Below are positions 12,590 through 25,200 of a stretch of DNA of 64,000 bases, in pieces (positions within the stretch are counted from its first letter, which is position 1; each line of letters begins with the position of its first letter). A program made the position numbers and the translations under genes. Source of the DNA: Neodothiora populina (Eukaryota). The stretch is taken from NCBI RefSeq assembly GCF_041146345.1, contig NW_027191417.1, forward strand, positions 744,001-808,000. Direction: 5' to 3'. The notes under the pieces are model-generated. The model ran no database searches and was not told the origin of the DNA. It was given only the letters and a program-made list of their open reading frames with translations.

Positions 12590-15078
12590 ATGATGACTGA
12601 AGACACAGTCATGCCCAAGCGGCAGCACATGAAGGCCAGGAGTACAACATCAGATATCGCGAGTGAGACTCTAGAATCGCCCACAAAACCACGACTTAGC
12701 AGGACTCAGAGTAAACGGACATTGGAGCAGTCCACTTCTGATGAGGCGACAGCGGCTTTCGTGAGGCGTACATTGTGTGGCCATCAGATTCGTTCGGGAC
12801 CTGGTGTTGATGGCACGAAAGCTGTAGCCAACACACCTTCATTGGAAGAAACTCTCCCTCCACTGACCAGCTCTAATGCGGTGGACTTGCAACTCTACGC
12901 TCTCATCGCCATTATCATCAAGGACTTCGTCCAAACATGGTACTCGAAGATTTCGCCGGACCAGCAATTTACCGATAAAGTCCTTCAGATTATTGCGCAT
13001 TGTACTCGCGCCTTAGAGGAGCGCATCCGGCACATTGATATAGAAGCCTTATTACTAGACGAATTGCCTGCGCTTGTAGATGCACATGTTACCGGTACAC
13101 TTCTCTTGCTCGATTTGCAGAGACGATCAATATCTAATGTCTCACAGCGTTTCGCACTGCCATTGGCAATTCATATACGGCATCTCTAGGTGTCAATGCA
13201 CGTGAGGTCTATCATTCGATACACCCACATCCTGCGTTATCACCTGTGCCGCAAGATACCAACCCTGTCTCTGCCATCAGACTTGCTGAGAACGAGATGA
13301 TGTGGAGGCATTTGCTCGTCCAAGCTGCGCTATCTCAACTTCTGCCACCCGAGGAGATAGAGAATCCGTGTCTGAGTCTAGCATTGACTGACATTTTGTC
13401 CGAGGTAATCATTGGCAATGCCGTTTGTGGTAAACTGTGCGAAGGCTGGTTTATATGGGAGACTACGACGAAGCTGATTAACCTTGTACGCCCCGGAACC
13501 GATGTTATTGACAAACCCGAGAAGACTATGCCGACACCCAGCCGCTTGGAGCAATTCGGTCTTGTGCCAGATGCTAAGGCCGAGGACACGGCGCCGACAG
13601 ATGCTCACAAAGTGGGTGCTGTAGAAATGATTTGCATGGTCCTATGGAATATCGTTCAATCTGTTGCCATACTAGCTCTGGCCACCCGCGATTTACTTAT
13701 CTCTTGGTCAAACTCTGTCAGCCTGCCTGCCCGACAGAGCGCCGAGTCTCTGAAGCATGCTCCGAACGCACCGCCCGACGTGCCATATACTGATAAGATG
13801 CAGCAAGACGAATGCACTAAGCCCGTTGCAAAACGCCCTGTTCTTAGCATGTCTGCATGGAGTTGTTCTTTTCACATACTATCTCTCGATTTGCGGATGC
13901 CATGGATCAGTGCAATCTGTAACTTTTTACAGTGGTTTTTAATATATGGTCCTGGAAAGGTGGGCTGCACAAATTCCAGATTAGACAGGTGAGTTGTGCG
14001 CTAGCAGCATTTTCCATTTCACAATCCAGCCCTGCGGCACCCCTCATTCATGCGACACCCCAAAGACGCAGGACCGACCAACAGGAAGCATTTCTCTGAA
14101 CCCATTCCCATAACTGGACGAAGATGTAAACGCCACCGACTGTATGTCTCGATGATCCCGCATGGCCAAACATTCACATGATTTAGCCAGAAAGCCAATC
14201 ACCTCTTAATCCACCGACAACTTCACCGTCGGGAAACATGGCGTTTGTAGCTTGGCGATATTGCGGCTCGCCCACGCGGCTTACTGTGTCATTTGGGAAT
14301 GCGTTGACTGCATACAACATGGCACCATGCTATCTAACTCTCGCGTGGGCCTGAAACCGTGCCTTCGCTATGCATGATATGGGGACGTGCTGATGATCAA
14401 CGGCCTTCTACTCAAGCCGGCACCATGTCCGGTGCGAGACCCTAAAGGACTCAAGCCTTGCTGCTCGTGGTCAATCCCCTCGCCTGCCGTGAGAGTCGCC
14501 AACCCCTCATTCGGCGCATGCCGTTCGAGCCCCCTCGGTGTCCATCGTGTCGATGGACCTCAGTCAGTTCGATGCAGGGGGTCTGAGCCCTGTCATCAGC
14601 GGACCAGATGCATACCAATCGTTATCTTTCTTACATGTCAAATTGAATATCATGCGATGACCGTGACTTGCAGATTCGGCTGACATGAACCACTAGGCTC
14701 ATATCTCACCACCTGTTCGACGTGATCCTTACACCAGATCGTGTACCTTCACTCCTGCTCGCGGTTCGAGTCAATCTATTTCCCAACAATACTCTCGGCC
14801 AAGGCCGACTGCCACCCACGAATGAAGAGGTCCTCGAGATCAAACGTCGATGCGCATCCGCCATAGACAAGTCTCTTCCAAGCATTCTACGGTCTAGCTT
14901 ATTCTTGTCGTCACAAGATGAAGCTTCAATCCAGCAGCAGATTGAAGAGATGCTGGACGTCTTCGGCGATCCATACATGAACAAGCATCTCATGTTTGCC
15001 ATTACAGATTTGCTGTTCTCGAGGCTCTTCCCCGAGATACAGGAGGAAAGCATTGCATCTCTGCTTGATGGAATGTAA
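12590..15078 (+). CDS. PXA-domain protein with a sorting-nexin C-terminal-like last exon; 3 exons
   Basis: LPPLTSSNAVDLQLYALIAIIIKDFVQTWYSKI, HPHPAL, LLPPEEIENPC, GKLCEGWFIWE; last exon VFGDPYMNKHLMFAITDLLFSRLFPE; introns 13095-13147 and 13989-14696 give an unbroken frame. Confidence 0.87.
13989..14696 (+). ncRNA. Candidate structured intronic RNA filling the 708-nt intron of the PXA gene (identity unknown)
   Basis: Many nested perfect helices read by eye (see findings); box C-like TGATGA 14391-14396 and box D-like CTGA 14583-14586; no convincing ORF. Confidence 0.55.
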
Positions 15079-15454
15079 CATCCATTATTGCTATGAGGTG
15101 TTTACGTAAAGGGTAAAGACTGGTCTTTCGCCCACCTGATGAAATTGTTTCCCTAGCTACTTGATTAGCACTGCTACTACTAAATAATGAATACCCTCCG
15201 ATGATCAATTTATCCAGTCCTCCTCCAGAAACGGCTTATATATCAATGCTGCTTGCGGGACAGAAGAAACAGAAGAAGCAGATATACCAATGCTTGTGCG
15301 CCATGCCATGACCGCGTGAGCGAATCCGTGTAATTCATCTTGCCGTCCCGTCATTACCGTAAATTGTTCCATACCACATATAATGTCGTTCCACAGAAGA
15401 AGAAGAAAAGAGTGAACCACCTCGCGGCTGGTCCATATCACTCCCATTCTCTAA

Positions 15455-17193
15455 TCATCTGTAGCGTTCCTTTAGTTTCTCCATGAATCGTCCCATCATA
15501 GCAGTCTCCTCCATGCTCAGGTTCTCATCTGTGCCTCTGGGCTGATTCGCAAAGTACTGCCAGACGACTTTCAGTGCCTGTCTCGCATCCTCCTGACTCG
15601 GGCCTTGACCCCCTGCTCCTTCCCGAGCCGCCACAAATGCATCATGCGACAGGCTTGGAGGAGTCGATAGATCCAGGGCCGAGGACGACGATGGCGGCGA
15701 ACGCATCGCCTGCGAATGACTTGAGCTGACGTGATGCTGCTGCTGTTGCTGTTGTTGAGATTGTTGCATCACGTTCATGTGCATGTCAGTACCGGGAGAT
15801 TCGCCCATGTGTTCGTCTATACTGTCTAAAGCCTGCGCGATACCATCCATAGAAGCGCCCAGAACCTCGTTGTCCATGAAATCTGATCCGCTACCGGCCA
15901 GACCCGCAGATGGCGACGATAGATCTTGGTAGATCATGGGGAATGTTTGACTTCGTGGACGCTGCATTCCGTCACCTGTCGTCGTGGGTGACATGGCTGT
16001 TTTGTCAATTTGACCGAAGAATGACTCCGACGTGGAGAAGAAAGGGGACGACGGGCTCATTAGAGATTTGGGAGAGATCGATGCTGATGCTTCGGTCACG
16101 TGGAGGGAGCTCCCACTCAAGGTCGTCGTGAGATCGCTGAAGCCATCGGATACCTCGGCGTTCAAACTCTCGTCGCTGCGTACACCGCGCAGACCACTGG
16201 GGGATGGAGAAGCATCATTTCGCATTGAACCTGGAGAAATCCCGCTAGGTGAATGATGAGATGAGGTCGACTTCTTCCCCGTGTGCGGATTATCTGATAT
16301 TGACATTTCTCTGCTTGGTCTGCGGTCAGGAATATTGTGTTTCCGCTTGAAAGACGTCAACCAAGCAGGATTACTAGCAGGATTGACCATGGCCGAGTCA
16401 GGTCCAGACACAGAAGAGAAGTACTGGGCTTTCTCACGAATAGCCTCGTCTGATAATATGGTGCCCTTCTTCTGCTCCTTGGTGACCCAACTCGAAAGTG
16501 TTCTCTCGATATCGGGAGATCGTCCTTTCAGACGTCTTTCTGGAGAGCGAACCACTGCTTCGGTGTACTTCTGCAGATACTTCTCCTTTTGACGCAGGAC
16601 CTTGGAAACGGTGCTTTAGCAATCAGTAAAGGTGGTTCGCTATCACGTTGAAACGGATCTCCTTAGCCTACCTTCTCTCGACGCCGAACATTGCTGCGAA
16701 TGGTTAGCATACTCTGGCATAGTGATGAACTAATGACTCAAGACTAACAGCCGATCTCATTCTGCTTAGCGCTTGGATTTTGCTCATGATACTCGCACAT
16801 CTTCCGCCTTTCATCATCTGTCAAAGTCCTGCGCGGTGTAGACCCAGACCGCGTTGACGAGGCAGAGATTGGTGTGAGCAATGGCGTCGGCGAGGTGGTA
16901 CCTAGTTGTCCCTGGGGCATGACTTGAGGATAGTAAGCTGGTACAGGTTGTGTCGATTGACTGCTGAGCATGCTTGGCCACTGTGGTAGGACCAGAGGAT
17001 GTAATGAGGGGTGATTCGGTCGTTGGTAGGACCTTGTGTCGCCCGCCATCTGGGAAGTATGCCAGACAAATCCCGGATACTCGGCTGCAGGCGTTCCATG
17101 GTGTGAGTGCGGATACTGGTGCTGCCCACCCATAGGCATCTGTGCCCCATCAAAGGTAGGATTTACGTTTTGGTTCGGGTCGTCCTCGTCCAT
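15455..17193 (-). CDS. CENP-B/Tc5-type helix-turn-helix DNA-binding protein; 3 exons
   Basis: RRTLTDDERRKMCEYHEQNPSAKQNEIGS|MFGVERS|TVSKVLRQKEKYL, then PDIERTLSSWV..LSDEAIREKA..WLTSFKRKHNI; 22-nt microexon 16693-16672. Confidence 0.87.
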
Positions 17194-18666
17194 CACTTAC
17201 TTGCGTATTGAAGGTTGGATACTGAGGAGGAACACAGAGATTTGCGATGAGGAGAACAGTTGTGCAAGACAAGATACCTAGCAGCAAGGACGGAAGGGAT
17301 CCCCTAAGGATATCGACACGAGGCATGCAGGCTGCCAACCGAGGTGCAATACTACTAGATGGCTGATGACTGGTCCTTTCGGAGGGTTGATATTAATTCA
17401 GGCACAGGTGCAGACTGTAACACAGACTCATCATATGCTTACTGAGATGGCGTAAAGAAACACAGTAGTAGCACGATTGAGATAAAGTGAACCTGCGGGG
17501 GAGGGTGTTATCGAATCAAACTTCCGGGACGGCACGTCCGGGAAGTATGGGCGGTTCGAGGATCAGGGCAGTGAGTGTTGATATATAAACTCAACTCGTT
17601 GATGTGGGTAATATTGGCAAACACCATGCAGGGCGAATAGCGAGAGGTATCCCACTGCTGGGCCATCTCTCTAGTCAGCCTAGTGCATGTGAGCGTAAAA
17701 AGTGGCAGCATTAGACCGCTGTGAGGCACAAGACCACGTTGAGCTGCGGCCTATTTGCTGGCCGGCATATATAGTAGCAAATGGGAAGTTCCCGCGATAC
17801 GTAGCTCCCGCGTTTCGATCGCCTGCTCGGCTCGACACGAAAGCGGGCGGCCATGCGGTCTCGCAGCGTGGTCAAAGCTTGGAGCGCAACCTAGACGGAC
17901 CGCCATCCAATCGTGCTGCGAAGTAGCTATTCTCATTTCTCATTGCTCGCTTGTTGCAAGACAGTACACTTTAGTCTTCCTGGTCGAATGCAGCAATTTC
18001 CGAACATGGCCAAGGTGAAGGGAACGAAACACTAGCCACGACAACTTCGTGGCTCCGCACATACAGGACTCAAGCCTCGCACAACAGCTCCAAGGCTGAT
18101 CGGAGATCCCATATATTGCGGGGACTTCCTAATCGCAGGCTCTGGAAAGGGCAATCAATCAACGACTGGGGAACCAATAGATCGTCTAATGTACCTTAGA
18201 TTTGTATGTTCATTTCGGTGATATTGTACTCTAGCCAGAAAGAGCGATGTGTCGCAACCTGGGGAACCAGCCGCGCCTGGAATTCCTTCGCGAGACCTTG
18301 AAGGCTTGCATGTCGTTCTGCATGTCCCAAGATGGTATGAGAAGTCATGATATCACAAGAGCAACAGGCCAGACACTCCGAACGAGCCCAAATATCCTAT
18401 GCTTCGATAGCCAATATAAGTCGGGATCAAGCCAGGCGGGAGCGATGCAAAAGCATGTTCCTCCGTTGAGCACCCCCATTCGTGACACATATTCGGTCCT
18501 AGTGTTCCAGCGAAGAAAAAGTTTTGCCTCTATTAATTCTGATGCTGCGATACGGTGGTAATTCGGTTGTGAACTACAGAAACAACAAATCAAAACTGTG
18601 TCAGCATACTCGCTTCCAGAAGCGACCTGAGATGCAACATGTTACAGTCGATGCGCTTCGTTGAAT

Positions 18667-20235
18667 TTATCGTTTGATAATCGTGACTGTAAAGAAAAAG
18701 CTTAGCATTATTATCGATTTGCACATTTTCAGGATTTAATGATAATAACTTACTGACGTCCTCGTCCGCCAACTCGTGAGCGAGGCCTACGCGCTGCGGC
18801 TGATGTCTGACTGACTTTCCGTAGACAATAGCCACTCTAAACTGATCAACGATGGTTTTGTGAATGGCGTTACACTGGGGTACGTATTAGCATGAGATAA
18901 ATTGATTGTCCACAGTTCAAACGTACGAAATCTTCCACGGTAGATCTGCCAGCTCTGAGCACTACAGGCGCAGTGTAATCAGGCAATTTACCCTTAGGCT
19001 TTGTGTAGACTCTCCGAAGGTTGAGTTTCTCCCACATTTGCTCCATCAGCTCGTCGACGTTCCAGCCATGCTCAGAACTGATGGGACACGCGTTGGGGAT
19101 CCTGTATAGCAGATCGAGCTCCTCGATGGAGATGGCATCAATCTTGTTCAAAGCATAGATCACAGGAATGTAAGATCTACTCTTGGCCTCAAGTACATCG
19201 ATAAGATCGTCAATTGTGGCATCGCAGCGAATGGCAATATCAGCAGAGGAGATCTTGTATTCTGACATGACAGCCTTGATTTCCTGTTGTGGGTGGTCAA
19301 TATAGGCATTTATCATCCCAAGAGAAATTGTAAAGACTTACATCGTGGTCAATGTGGGTTAGTGGTACGGTGTTAGTGATACTGATTCCACCCTTGTCCT
19401 TCTTTCTAAAGTGAATGTTTGGAGGTTCTTTGTTGATACGGATACCGAATCCTTCGAGTTCTGTTTCAATAACACGCTTATCCGTAAGAGGTTTGTTCAC
19501 ATCAAGCACGATGAAGATGAGATGGCAAGTTTTGGCGACAGCAATGACTTGTCTACCACGACCTTTGCCGTCCTTAGCACCTTGAATAATACCAGGCAAA
19601 TCCAAGATCTGGATCTTTGCACCGTTGTACACCACTTGACCAGGTACCGTCGTAAGCTAGGTGTCTGTTAGAAATATTGACTGGTACAGCTGAAGGGTAG
19701 TAGCGCTTACAGTCGTGAACTCGTACGCAGCTGCTTCGGAATGTTGCCCCGTGAGTCTGCTCATTAATGTACTTTTGCCTACTGACGGAAAGCCAATAAA
19801 TCCACTGTCAAAATCAGTATGCGCTCGTCATAGCACTGCAGGCTAAAGAAACCCAAAGAAGCAGACACTCACACAGACGCCACACCAGTTCTAGCAACAT
19901 CGAAACCGACACCAGCGCCACCACCACTCGACGACGGCGTCAGTAGTTCACGCTTAAGCTTCGCGAGTTTCGCCTTCAGCTGGCCTAGGCCGGAGGTCAA
20001 TATAGCGACAGTCGCAAGATTGTCATTATATCGTACCTAAATGGTAGGACGTCGCCTTGTTCTTCTGAGTCTTGGCCATCTGTGACAGGTTGAGAGTACG
20101 TTCTTGAATTCAAAATCATGCGATCCTACCTCGGCCTCGATCTCCTTGATCTATGTGTGGTATTAGCAGGCTGCATGGCTGTTTGAAATATTCTGTAAAA
20201 ATGTGGCAACGAACCTTGTCCACCGTCGTCGACAT
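18667..20235 (-). CDS. RBG1: DRG-family ribosome-binding GTPase; 9 exons
   Basis: [65 protein letters not shown]-terminal TGS domain ending TIIKR*. Confidence 0.95.
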
Positions 20236-20850
20236 CTTGTCGTTATTCCTATGAGTAGGTGGTTATGGACGTGGTGTAGTTCTACGCTCTTTATGGATGT
20301 ATAGCAAATTAAGACTTGGGAAATGACTTTGTTCGAAGTAGACAGCTCGCTGCACCAAATCGTGTCAATTTCTCGCGTTGTGAGGGGAGAAGTCGATGCT
20401 GCAAAATTTAGCGTAAGATGACGTCCCTGATCAGGGTCAAGCCTGGGGCGGGGAATAGATGACAGTCAGACCAGCAAGGCAGAACTTCGCGAACCTTTTG
20501 ACATCTACCGCACAGTATTCACTCTACTACTTGCTCACCTATGCCACGCGCTGAACATGATTTACTTTTGTCAGAATCACCAGCTTGGAACGGTGCGAAA
20601 ACGACTCTGTGTAGTTCTGTCTCCTACAAGTCACATTCTCGGTAAGACAGCGGCATGAGGTCGCAGGTCGTGACTGCCTCCTGTAGCGTGGTGAAACACA
20701 TTTTTTCCTAAACGCCGACAACCCCGAATATATGTAGTCACCGAAATCGCCGTTCAATTGTCCACCTTCGAAGATAAGTACAGCACACCGCACTCGCTTC
20801 CATCTCTTCCTTCAGCTTCTTCGTAATCTCATCCTCATCAATCAGATAGC

Positions 20851-21609
20851 ATGGCCGTAGCAGCATTACCGCATACTTCGTCGTCAGTGGATCAGAGTTG
20901 TAGTGGGTGTAGTGTTCTTGATCGCAATCCGTCCAGACCCCGAGATACTTTCTCTACACTCGTGTATGAGATTCGCCAATACCTTGGTCAGTCGTCGGGG
21001 ATCGACTCCGCCAATGTTGACCCGGAACACATCAAAGCCTTGATGGCAAAATACACATCCAACCCGAAAGAGTGGGAGCAATATTCCCGGGCAGACACAT
21101 CACGCAACTATACTAGGACTTTAGTTGATAACGTCAATGGCAAGGCCAATCTCGTCAGTAGAACCACATCGGCATCAAGAGATAGTCTTACTGAATCATG
21201 TCCTCGTCGCAGATCCTCATCGTATGGAACCCACAAAAAGGCTCGCTTATCCACGACCATGCCAACGCCCACTGCATCATGAAGATATTGCAAGGAAACC
21301 TTGTGGAGACTATGTATCATATGCCTGAGTCAAAGGATACATCAAAAGGGCCTTTGTCCATAAAGCAGCAAACGACATATACACCTAATGAAGTTGCGTA
21401 TATATCCGACAAGATCGGTCTACACCGCGTCTTCAATCCCGATGCGGACAAATTCGCTATGTCTCTGCACCGTAAGTAGACAAGCTCTTGAAAGTGCAGC
21501 AGACATTAACACTCTATCAGTCTACACGCCTCCAAATGCTGCCGAGTACGGCTTCAACGTGTACGATGAGAGGACTGGGAAGTGCAGCCACGTCCCAGCG
21601 TACGGATGA
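20851..21609 (+). CDS. CDO1: Cysteine dioxygenase; 3 exons
   Basis: YTRTLVD, IHDHANAHC (two Fe-binding His plus Cys), GLHRV, SLH|LYTPP. Confidence 0.93.
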
Positions 21610-22211
21610 TCGTTTACTTTGCAGCTTGCAGCTTTCACTTGTTCTTCTTTCCTTTGTGTTATGGCCGGCGTCTGAGTTTTCTCCTTTCATGGGTTTGAAG
21701 CATATATACCCAACCTGCGGCACCAGCAAGCAATTATTCATCTAGATCGTATCAATAACTTTCACCGTGATTCTGACTACTTTCCTGGCTGCACTACATT
21801 ATCGTGAGAGCAGTGACACTACGCGGCAAATTGACTTTGAAGTTTGGCTTCACAGATGTTGATGCGCCGCATGCCGTATATAGAGAAATGAGCAGTATAT
21901 ATCCTCTACACATGTGGTTTAGAGTGCTTGTACTTGCATATAAAATCGTGTAGTATGGTAGTAGTGCGATGGCCTGAAGCGTACCTCTGCGATAGCGTGC
22001 CAGTAGATTAATGGCGGCTTGGCAGCCCCGGTCGCGCGCAACCCCATAATAACCTAACATTCAATAATGACGAGCCTGGCAGCGCGCGCTAGAGTGTCCT
22101 GGAGTGTTGTGAAGTTGTACCGTGCAAGATACCGTAGACAAATCCGTCGCATCTCGTCCTTTCTCTCGTCAAGGACAGAGTAGTGACAGATTGCCAATAG
22201 GATATTTGGCC

Positions 22212-25200
22212 ATGCTGTCTCTTCCATCCTCACTGATACGCCAGGTCAGTCATGGGTCAGGTTACGTGCTCCCGATCAGCACATGCCTCCTCGCGATTGC
22301 GACCAAGTTGGGAACATCAAACAGACACTCCCTGACGACGAGCGCAATAGCCTGGTTGGCCATATGTATATTGACCCAGCTGAGAATCAAGTCAGGCCAG
22401 CGAGTCACGGCATCTAATGCGCAAAGTCTGGCCTGGTTTGCTGGTGGTCTACTCGCCATGGCAAGCATTTGCGAGAGATCAGTTGGCCGCAGGGACATGT
22501 GGTGGGCAAAGGTCAATTACTCCCATACCAATATACAGAACTCTGACTGAGATGTGCATAAAGGCCCTTGTTCCGGCTATAAGCTACGCTATACAAAGAA
22601 TGGAAGTGTTCAACGGCCGTCATAAACAGGAAAGTGCGACCTCACCGTCCCTCGCCCACAGGGCCAACGTCGAACCATTAGGCAATAGGCGACTGCTCTT
22701 ACTACTTACCGTATCTGCTGCCATTGTACTGAGAGGAAGAACGGAGATCGGAGCGGTGCTTGCGCTCGGCTGCTGTGAGGCATTGCTCCTTGCTGAAGCC
22801 TTCGATTTCCTACAGGACGCCCACATCGAAGCAGACCGGGCAGAGAATAGCAAGGGCAATGTTGTCGCCGTCAACGAATTATTGTCTGCCTCGAACTGGT
22901 CCAAGTCGTCCAGTGGAACAGCGTCGCTATTCATCATCCGCGATGTAGCTTTGGCATCAACCATGACGCTTTTTCTGGGCGCTCTATTCCTCGAGGATTT
23001 GACCTTCTACCGCTTGAGGTATGCCCCAGCGCTGGCCACGACTAACCAGCAGCTTCTGGTCGTCTTTGGTGCATTGGTCATGGTACTTGTTCATGTTATG
23101 TTTAACGTCACCCTGGTCACAACGGTATGCCTTCATATCTTGTCCCCTTTTCGTGCAATATAATACGTAGACCGTGGCGTTTCTTTGCGCGTCTCCAAAA
23201 CGCATCACAGCAGCACATCTTACACGTAGCTCACTTGCCGTAAAGCTAATTGTATCCGCATCGCAGATAATCAACCAAGGCCAATCCCCTGTTGCGTTTT
23301 CCCTGCTTGCGGCCGCCCTGCTTGCACAGCTCAGCGTGAATCAGGACTTCCCGACTGTCTGGTTCACATTTATATCCGCTTCGTGTATCTACGCCCTACT
23401 CAGCGAGAGAGCAGCAGTTCTCTACACGCCTGTCTCCAATGATGTACGGCTGCTGGAGCTGAAGCGCACCATTGTTGCTATCGGCTCCTTATCAATCGCT
23501 GGTTTTGCGATATTCAGCTTCTGGGGTTCTTTTATCGGATCGACATACTCAACCCATTCTACACAGCCCATGGGACCTCTGGGCAATCCTCCAAGCGATG
23601 TTTTGCGTCCCCTATCGATCGCGAGTACCAAAGCGCATCCTATAGATGCGCTTGTAAGAGAAAGTGAATCAGCATTCACGTCATTGCTGCAGAGACAATC
23701 AAAAACCTTAGAAGATGCTGTCGCTGAATACAGGCGTCGGTATCAGATCCCTCCACCACCCCAATTTGACAAGTGGTTCACTTTTGCCAAGGAAAAGCGC
23801 GTACAACTGATTGACGAGTATGATACGATTTACCACTCCTTGCTACCTTTCTGGGCTCTCAAACCTGAGACGATAAGGGCCAGAGTTCGGGAGGCTTTGG
23901 GCTTCGAGGGCAACAATCTCATTGCTCTCCTTATCCGGAATGGGCAAGCTGCGCATGTACACGGTGGACAAGAATGGCAACAAGAAGCCACGATTGGCAT
24001 GATGAAGCAGTTCATCGAATATCTTCCTGACATGGACCTTGCCTTCAATATCCACGACGAGCCCCGGGTTGTGGTCCCTCATGATGAGCTCTCTCAGCTC
24101 ATATCACGCGCGAGAGACGTCAACATGCCAGCCGCTATGGCGAGTTCAGAACTTGCGAACAAGTTCTCGCCGAGACCAAAGGATGTGAGCAGTGGGCGCC
24201 GCGTAGACGAAGTCAAGATCACTCGCTTCAACGTTTTCGCGCATCAGCCCACATGGATACCTTCCCGAATGTCTTGTTCGCCTGACAGTCCCGCCAGAGC
24301 GCTGGATGACGATGCTGCCCGAGATAATTTGACGTCATACGCTTTGGGAGATCTCGGCTTCATCTACAACCATACTGCTTTCAGCGATGTCTGCAACTCT
24401 CCTTCATTTGCTACCTCCCATGGATTTTTCGATCGACCCAATGCATTCAACGTAGTTCACGATCTCTTCCCCATTTTCTCACAGAGTAAGATGAGTAGCT
24501 TCCAAGACATCCTTTACCCATCTCCTTGGTACTGGTATGGTAAGGTTGCCTATGTTGAGGAGAAGGAGATAGACTGGACTGCTAAGATAGATAAATTATG
24601 GTGGGTTGGAAGCACCACAGGTGGCTTCAGTCGTGATGGTGGATGGCGACGTCAGCACAGGCAGCAAGTCGTACACAAACTCAACGCACTGGACACAGCT
24701 AAGATCCTCGTCAACAAGAACGCCGACAGTAGAAACAAGATGTCCGAATCAGCTCCAGATTGGCAGCCGACGGAAGTGCCACGCAAGGACTATCGAGACA
24801 TCGTTGACGTGCATTTCTCGCATGTAGGCCAGTGCGACCCAGGCGATTGCGATGCTCAGCGAGAGTTCTTCGACATTGCGCCACCCGCGGACCAACAAGA
24901 CGCTTGGAAATACAAGTACCTCCTGGATCTTGACGGAAATGCCTTCTCTGGACGTTTCTATGCTTTCCTCAAGTCCAAGTCACTCGTGTTTAAGATGGCT
25001 GTATTTAGAGAATGGCACGAAGAGTGGCTTAAACCGTGGGTACATTACATCCCCTTGAGCTTGAGGGGCGATGAGTCGCTCGAAAGTGTCAGATACTTCA
25101 GCCGTGAAGACGAAGGCAAAGGGCAAGCCTTGCGACTCGCTGATCAAGGACGACAATGGGCCGGCAAAGTACTTAGGAATGAGGACTTTGAAGTTTGGTT

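Noticed and set aside
14438..14450. GACCCTAAAGGAC resembling a telomerase RNA template
   Set aside because: Not the TAACCCTAA-type template, known Pezizomycotina telomerase RNAs are longer than this intron, and the word sits in a local hairpin; revisit only if the telomere repeat matches
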